A stretch of DNA of 64,000 nt from Ostreococcus lucimarinus (taxonomy: Eukaryota). A model generated the notes under the pieces. It did not search any database and was not told the DNA's origin. It saw only the letters and a list, made by a program, of their open reading frames with translations. This document shows, one piece after another, positions 59,048 to 64,000 of the stretch (within the stretch, counting starts at the first letter, position 1; each line of letters begins with the position of its first letter). The stretch is from assembly GCA_000092065.1 (NCBI GenBank), contig CP000581.1; one strand, given 5' to 3'. The position numbers and the translations under genes are program-made.

Positions 59048-60286
59048 ATGAAGACGGACGCCGCGCCGGCGGCGGCGGCGCCCGACGCCCCGAAGACGCT
59101 CTACCAGGGCGTCGAGCGCGATGGCTTCGGCATGCGCCTGCTCACGAGACTCGGATGGCGCGAGGGCCGCGGACTGGGGAAGAACCAGGACGGGATCGCG
59201 AGGCACATTCACGCGCGAAAGCGACAGGTGGGGACGGGGGTGGGCGCGGACGCGCGAAACGACGCGAGCGGCGCGAACGCGGTGGATTGGACGATGAACA
59301 CGGTCGCGTTCGATGACGTGCTGCGATCGTTGAATAGAACGCACAGCGCGGAAGAGTTGGAACGCGCGGCGAACGCGGAGAAGGCGTCGTCGTCGGATGA
59401 GGACGAGGACGAGGGGGCGAAGACGAAGACGCGAGGCGAGGCGAAGAAGCGAAAGATGACGAAGGAGGAGAAGAAGGCGGCGAAGAAGGCGGCGAAGAGG
59501 GCGAAAAAGAATGAAATCGTCGTGAATCGGTCGGTGGTGAGTCACGCGGGGAGGTATCATAAGCGAGAGTCGCAAAAGATGGTGTCGAATTATAGCGCGG
59601 AGGATCTCGGGGCGATTTTGGGCGGCGGATTCGTCGCGTTGCCAGAGGTGCGCGCGGACAACGCGTCCGCGTCCGCGAGCGCGTCGGACGCGGACGAGTC
59701 CATCCCGACGCCGACGAATAAGGAGAAAGAAAAACCCAAGAGACTCGTCGTCGTGGAGCGACCGAAGTGGGTCTTCGATCCGCCGCCGGAGAGCTGGTGG
59801 GGCTGGCGCGTCGGATTTCGCCCGGAGGGTCACGGTAAAAAACCTGAAGACGCCGACGCCGACGCACTCGAACGCAAGCGAGGCTTCGACGAGGACGATC
59901 AAGTGAACTTGTTTCAAGACACGCACGCGGGTGCGAATAAGAATCGACGCGGTTTGGGGGCTGGCCAAGGCCGCGACGCCGCGGCTGATTTTTCGGGAAC
60001 GAAGAAGACGTTCGGCGAAGGCGACGAGGTCAGCGACGCCGAGAAAGCCGCCGCGGCGAAAGCAAAGAAGGTGAAGTGGCTCAAAATCGGCGAGAAGATC
60101 CTCGAAAAGGCGTCGGGATCGATGAAGACGAAAAAATTCATCGAAAAGGTTTTGAAAAAGGCTGAGTGCGCGGCCGACGACTGCGACGCCGTCTATCGCG
60201 ACGCCGCGTTCCACTTCCTCTCTCGCAGCGGCGCGTTCACCAGTCTCGAAGAAGACGTCGTGAAGTTCACCGGCAAGAAGGCGTGA
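59048..60286 (+). CDS. G-patch domain protein (PinX1-like), Lys/Glu-rich C-terminal half
   Basis: An N-terminal G-patch reads LYQGVERDGFGMRLLTRLGWREGRGLGKNQDGIARHIHARKRQVGTGVGA. The remainder is K/E/A-rich with KKAAKKAAKRAKK tracts. The ORF 5' end was trimmed to the ATG at 59048 (MKTDAAPAAAAPD...). Confidence 0.6.
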   Translation: MKTDAAPAAAAPDAPKTLYQGVERDGFGMRLLTRLGWREGRGLGKNQDGIARHIHARKRQVGTGVGADARNDASGANAVDWTMNTVAFDDVLRSLNRTHSAEELERAANAEKASSSDEDEDEGAKTKTRGEAKKRKMTKEEKKAAKKAAKRAKKNEIVVNRSVVSHAGRYHKRESQKMVSNYSAEDLGAILGGGFVALPEVRADNASASASASDADESIPTPTNKEKEKPKRLVVVERPKWVFDPPPESWWGWRVGFRPEGHGKKPEDADADALERKRGFDEDDQVNLFQDTHAGANKNRRGLGAGQGRDAAADFSGTKKTFGEGDEVSDAEKAAAAKAKKVKWLKIGEKILEKASGSMKTKKFIEKVLKKAECAADDCDAVYRDAAFHFLSRSGAFTSLEEDVVKFTGKKA

Positions 60287-60351
60287 CACAATTCCTAGCT
60301 CTACCACTACACTAGCCTAATATCTATCTCCGCGCGTCTCTAGCGACGTCG

Positions 60352-60879
60352 TCACAACACGCGCTCGCGAAACTCGTGTTGACACCGCAGGCACTGCACC
60401 AACACCAGCGACTCCCGTTCGCCGCCTCCCCATATCTCCGCCTTGCGAATGTCCCTACCACCGCTCACCATGACGTACCTGCACTCGACGTTCTCACACA
60501 TCGGACACGCGTACGCCTCGGTGTTGACGCCGTCGTCGAAGTGTCGCCGCGTTCGCCTTCTCGCGCATCGCTCCTCCGCCGCCGCCCGCGCCGCCTTCAC
60601 CGCCTCCGTCGCGAGCTCCGTCGCGTCCGCGCGCACCAACGCCTCGATGTCCGCCTCCCCCCGTCGCACGCGCGCCGCGAGCGCGTCGTTCCGTCGCAGA
60701 TTCGTCGCCAGCGTGCGCACGCACTCGCGATACCTCTTCGAGTTCGCGTCGCCGTCGGCGCGCTCGAGCGCGCGTCGCTCGATCTCGCGCGCGACGTCGT
60801 ACAGCGCCGTCTCATCGCGCACCGCGTCGCCGAGCATCAGCGTCGCGCGCGCGCGCACGTCGTCGACGTCGTCCGCCAT
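60352..60879 (-). CDS. small TFIIS-type protein (TFIIS central-domain-like helical region + C-terminal C4 zinc ribbon)
   Basis: The 175-aa protein has a helical region (KRYRECVRTLATNLRRNDALAARVRRGEADIEALV) like the TFIIS middle domain. A C-terminal zinc ribbon follows, YACPMCENVECRYVMVSGGRDIRKAEIWGGGERESLVLVQCLRCQHEF, with a CxxC...CxxC pattern. The start is an ATG. Confidence 0.5.
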   Translation of the reverse strand: MADDVDDVRARATLMLGDAVRDETALYDVAREIERRALERADGDANSKRYRECVRTLATNLRRNDALAARVRRGEADIEALVRADATELATEAVKAARAAAEERCARRRTRRHFDDGVNTEAYACPMCENVECRYVMVSGGRDIRKAEIWGGGERESLVLVQCLRCQHEFRERVL

Positions 60880-60901
60880 CGTCGCGACGTCGCGTCGGCA
60901 G

Positions 60902-61807
60902 ATGCCGCCGCGCGACGACGCCGCGCGCGACGCGTCGACGGCGCGCGCCGCGCGCGACGGGACGCCGCGCGCGACGTCGCGCGCGATGTCCGCGCGCGAG
61001 CTCGCCGCGCACTGCGCGAGCGGCGCCGTCGCGGGGTGCGCGGTGGAGGCGGCGTTTTACCCGCTCGACACGATAAAGACGCGGCTGCAGGCGCGCTTAA
61101 GCGGCGAGCGCGTCGCGCTGCGCCGAGGACTGTACCGCGGACTGCTGGGGAACCTGGCGGGCGTCGCCCCGGCGAGCGCGCTGTTCTTCGCGGCGTACGA
61201 ACCGATGAAGGCGGCGCTGCGGCGCGACGACGACGGCGACGGCGGCGGCGGCGACGGCGCGAAGGAACACCTGCTCGCGGGCGCGGTCGGAGGACTGGTG
61301 TCGAGCGTCGTGCGCGTGCCGACGGAGGTGATAAAGACGCGAAGGCAGGTGGGCGCGATGGGTGGGGTGGGATTGAGGAGCGTCGTCGCGTCGAGCGGCG
61401 TCGCGGGGTTGTTTGTGGGATACGGGTCGTTTCTGTTGCGCGACTTACCGTTCGACGCGATCGAGTTCGCGGGGTACGAGTCGCTGAAGAAGGCGTGGGG
61501 AGAGATGAAGGGCGAGGACGGCGCGACCGCCGTCGAGGCGGCGGCGCTCGGGTCGATCGCGGGGGCGTTTACGGGCGCGGTGACGACGCCGCTCGACGTC
61601 GTCAAGACGCGTTTGATGACGAGCCCGGACGTCTATCGCGGCGTGTTGCAGTGCGTGCGGAAAACCATCGCGGACGAGGGCGCGCTCGCGATGTTCAAGG
61701 GCGTGCAGCCGCGCGTGCTTTGGATCGGATTGGGCGGCGGGTGTTTCTTTTCGGTGCTCGAGACGGCGCGAGGCGTTCTCCTTCCCGTCGACTCGCGGCG
61801 CTCGTAG
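60902..61807 (+). CDS. SAMC: mitochondrial carrier family protein, S-adenosylmethionine carrier-like (SAMC/SLC25A26-type)
   Basis: Three mitochondrial-carrier repeats are present: PLDTIKTRLQ, PTEVIKTRRQ and PLDVVKTRLM; the first repeat motif PLDTIKTRLQ is typical of SAM carriers. The ORF 5' end was trimmed from 60443 to the ATG at 60902 (MPPRDDAARD...). A later Met (MSARELAAHCASG) is an alternative start. Confidence 0.75.
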   Translation: MPPRDDAARDASTARAARDGTPRATSRAMSARELAAHCASGAVAGCAVEAAFYPLDTIKTRLQARLSGERVALRRGLYRGLLGNLAGVAPASALFFAAYEPMKAALRRDDDGDGGGGDGAKEHLLAGAVGGLVSSVVRVPTEVIKTRRQVGAMGGVGLRSVVASSGVAGLFVGYGSFLLRDLPFDAIEFAGYESLKKAWGEMKGEDGATAVEAAALGSIAGAFTGAVTTPLDVVKTRLMTSPDVYRGVLQCVRKTIADEGALAMFKGVQPRVLWIGLGGGCFFSVLETARGVLLPVDSRRS

Positions 61808-61953
61808 CTAGGCGTATTAGTCAACCTAGATCGATTCTTTCCCGCGCGCGTCCCTCGCGCGCGTCGCGGTCGTCTCGCGCGCGTTTTACGTTTATCGAAA
61901 CCGTTCGCGCCGCGTCTCGGCGTCACTTCGCGCCGCGCGGACGCGCGCGCGTC

Positions 61954-63432
61954 ATGCGCGCGTCCGCGCGTCGCGCGCTCTCCACCGCGCGCCCCGCGCG
62001 CGCGTCCGACGTCTCGCTCGACCTCCCGCGCGTCGTCGCGGGCCAACCGACGCGCGCGACGCACCCGCACGTCATCGCGTCCGCCGCCGACCTCACGCCC
62101 GGCGTCTCGCGCGCCGAGTACGCCGCGCGCCGCGCCGCGCTCGCGCGCGCGATGCCGCCGCACAGCGCGGCCATCTTCGCCGCCGCGCCGGCGCTGCGAT
62201 GGCCCGGCACGGCGATCCCGGCGGGGAAGTACAGGCAAGACGCCGATTTCGCGTACTACACGGGGGTGACGCAGCCGGACTGCGTCGCCGTCGTCGAGCG
62301 AGGACGAACGGAGGACGACGTGCGGTACGCGCTGATCGTGCCGAAACGATGCGAACGACACGCGCAGTGGGACGGCGAGCGCATCGACGCGCGAGCGGGG
62401 GAGACGGTGTTCGGCGCGGACGCGGCGTACGAGGCGGACGAGCGAGCGGCGGCGTACGCGACGGAAGCGGTGAGAAACGCGCGAGGAGGGGTGTTCGTGG
62501 ACTTGGATAAGGTGGATGAGGACGCGAGCGTCGTGCACAGGGCTTTGGGGGCGCGCGCGCGCGGAGGCGGGGGAGGAGACGGGGTTCGACCGGTGCGCGG
62601 GATGTCGCACCGGTTGCGGTGGCGCAAGAGCGACGCCGAATTGGCGTTGATAAAAAACAGTGTAGATTTAGACGTACAGGCGTTCGTGAAAGCGTTTCAG
62701 ACGAGTCGCGCGGGAGCGACCGAGGCAGACGTCATGGCGCAGCACGAGGCGGCGTGTAGAATCGGTGGCGCCGACCGTTTGGCGTATCCATCCGTCGTGG
62801 GTTCGGGCGCGGGCGCGTGCGTCGTGCACTACCATCAGAACGATAAAATGCTCGAGGATGGAGATTTACTGTTAATGGACGCGGGATGCGAGCTCAACGG
62901 TTACGTGAGCGACATCACGCGCACTTGGCCCATAAGCGGGCGGTGGACGCAGGCGCAGCTCGACGTGTACTCGGTCGTCCTCGAGGCGCACGACGCGTGT
63001 CTGCGCGCCGCGCGCGTGGACGGCGAGACCTCACTCATGGATATCCATCGGCTCTCCATCGACGTTCTCGCCAACGGTCTCGCCAAGCTCTTACCCAATA
63101 CCTCCGCCCGCGCGCTGATTCGCTCGGGCGAGTACGCCAAATATTACCCCCACTCCGTCGGTCACTGGTTCGGCGCCGACACCCACGACGTCCCATCCGT
63201 CGCCGTGTCCACCCCGTTCGAGCGCAACGTCGCCTTCACCATCGAACCAGGTTTATATTTCTCCCCCCACGACCTCGACGTCCCCGCCGATCTCCGCGGA
63301 ATCGGCGTTCGCATCGAAGACGACTGCGTCGTCGACGCGAACGGTGCCGTCGTCGCTCTCAGCGCCGCGCTCCCCACCGATCCCGACGCCGTCGCCGCGC
63401 TCGCTTCTTCCACGTTTTTCCGCCCCGTGTAA
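61954..63432 (+). CDS. XPNPEP3: Xaa-Pro aminopeptidase, M24B family (XPNPEP3 / ICP55-like, organellar)
   Basis: The N-terminus is a presequence (MRASARRALSTARPARAS). The AMP_N region is ...AAIFAAAPALRWPGTAIPAGKYRQDADFAYYTGVTQPD. The M24 catalytic blocks are HYHQND, LLLMDAGCELNGYVSDITRTWPISG, YYPHSVGHWFGADTHD and GIGVRIEDD. It is the 3' part of a 1018-aa shadow-extended ORF; the start was trimmed to the ATG at 61954. Confidence 0.8.
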   Translation: MRASARRALSTARPARASDVSLDLPRVVAGQPTRATHPHVIASAADLTPGVSRAEYAARRAALARAMPPHSAAIFAAAPALRWPGTAIPAGKYRQDADFAYYTGVTQPDCVAVVERGRTEDDVRYALIVPKRCERHAQWDGERIDARAGETVFGADAAYEADERAAAYATEAVRNARGGVFVDLDKVDEDASVVHRALGARARGGGGGDGVRPVRGMSHRLRWRKSDAELALIKNSVDLDVQAFVKAFQTSRAGATEADVMAQHEAACRIGGADRLAYPSVVGSGAGACVVHYHQNDKMLEDGDLLLMDAGCELNGYVSDITRTWPISGRWTQAQLDVYSVVLEAHDACLRAARVDGETSLMDIHRLSIDVLANGLAKLLPNTSARALIRSGEYAKYYPHSVGHWFGADTHDVPSVAVSTPFERNVAFTIEPGLYFSPHDLDVPADLRGIGVRIEDDCVVDANGAVVALSAALPTDPDAVAALASSTFFRPV

Positions 63433-63818
63433 TTCGTAAGGACGCGGCGCTTCCGAAGCGGCGCGCCGCGAAACCGCCACTTGGCACCAAAGTAATTTAA
63501 ATCATAACCCACGCCGGACTGAATGCCCAGTGCGTACAGCTGGCACCGCGCCTCTTTAAATACGCACACGCCCGATTTTCATAGCTTTCCGAGCTTTCGG
63601 AACGCCGCGCCCGCCATCGCGCCATCTCACGACGCGTCGCATCCACGCGACGACGCGCGCTGAGAGTTCGCGCTCGCGCTCACGCACACGATCGATTCTT
63701 TCGCACCGATCGCGCCGCAGCACGACGAACGAACGCACCGATCGCCGTGGGAAGACGCTTCGAATCGCGACGCGCGCCGTTTCTCAGTCACCCTCACGCG
63801 TGCGATGCGCGTCGAACG

Positions 63819-63944
63819 ATGGTGAGCCTGAACGCGCGACGGAACGAACGATCGAGCAGCAATAAAGCGTCAGAGATTATCAACGGATTTCTCTCTTCCC
63901 CGGTGCGAGTGTTTTATTCCATTCTCTTCATCTGCGCGCTCGAG
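63819..63944 (+). CDS. possible first coding exon of an unidentified gene running off the window end (hypothetical)
   Basis: An ATG at 63819 opens a frame with normal composition (MVSLNARRNERSSSNKASEIINGFLSSPVRVFYSILFICALE), including a hydrophobic helix. It is followed at 63945 by GTGCGC, the donor hexamer shared by every confirmed intron here. It is absent from the ORF track because no stop is reached before 64000. It is very tentative; GTGCGC could also be in-frame coding. Confidence 0.2.
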
Positions 63945-64000
63945 GTGCGCGATTTCGTCGACGCGATGCGGCGCGCGCGGAATCATCGCGAAGGCGCGTG

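Noticed and set aside
58658-62610. ORF 58658..60307(-) 549 aa, ORF 59142..59867(-), ORF 61633..62610(-), ORF 61057..61605(-) and the 5' 525 codons of ORF 60376..63432(+)
   Set aside because: These are antisense or upstream read-through shadows over the G-patch gene, the SAM carrier and the XPNPEP3 gene. The 1018-aa plus-strand ORF reads through the TFIIS-like gene (antisense) and the carrier (wrong frame) before reaching the real aminopeptidase coding region at 61954.
1-64000. Possibility that the window is prokaryotic or organellar DNA
   Set aside because: It contains spliceosomal introns with GT...AG boundaries. The genes are eukaryote-specific (CSN2, NTF2, eIF5A with hypusine site, RPS13, MAD1, SAC3/GANP, TM9SF, RAD18, nuclear tRNA-Ala). 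Many products carry organelle-targeting presequences. All of this indicates nuclear DNA of a eukaryote.

Overview
The 64 kb window is a very GC-rich, gene-dense stretch of eukaryotic nuclear DNA. It has roughly one gene per 1.6 kb, genes on both strands, intergenic spacers of tens to a few hundred bp, and very few, short introns. GC content was judged by eye at roughly two thirds and was not computed. This architecture and the gene content point to a picoplanktonic green alga of the Mamiellophyceae (Micromonas-like); that is inference from sequence style only. Plastid and thylakoid-lumen genes include two PsbP-domain proteins with twin-arginine signals, uroporphyrinogen decarboxylase, homomeric acetyl-CoA carboxylase and a rhodanese. 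Plant-type genes include H+-pyrophosphatase, CSN2, eIF5A and NTF2. I call about 40 protein-coding genes and one tRNA-Ala(AGC). All product names come from motifs I recognise by eye; no database search was possible. Five spliceosomal introns were found by homology gaps: eIF5A, NTF2, CSN2, a COX5b gene absent from the ORF track as a full gene, and a probable 5' intron in ACCase. All five share a GTGCG[C/A/G] donor and a GACTGAC branch-like motif 19-33 nt upstream of the acceptor AG. Most long Arg/Ala/Gly/Pro-rich ORFs in the track are wrong-frame or antisense shadows produced by the high GC content. The ORF track also reports GTG/TTG starts as M, so several ORF 5' ends were trimmed to the first ATG with a plausible N-terminus. 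Most worth a second look: a JmjC hydroxylase fused to an AadA/ANT-like nucleotidyltransferase; a COX5b homologue that has lost all four zinc-ligand cysteines; an MRPL53 stop codon 5 nt upstream of the ATG of a MARCH-type RING-CH ligase; an ACCase with no ATG in its main ORF; a 1675-aa secreted NHL-propeller protein; and head-to-head gene pairs whose start codons are only 22-120 bp apart.
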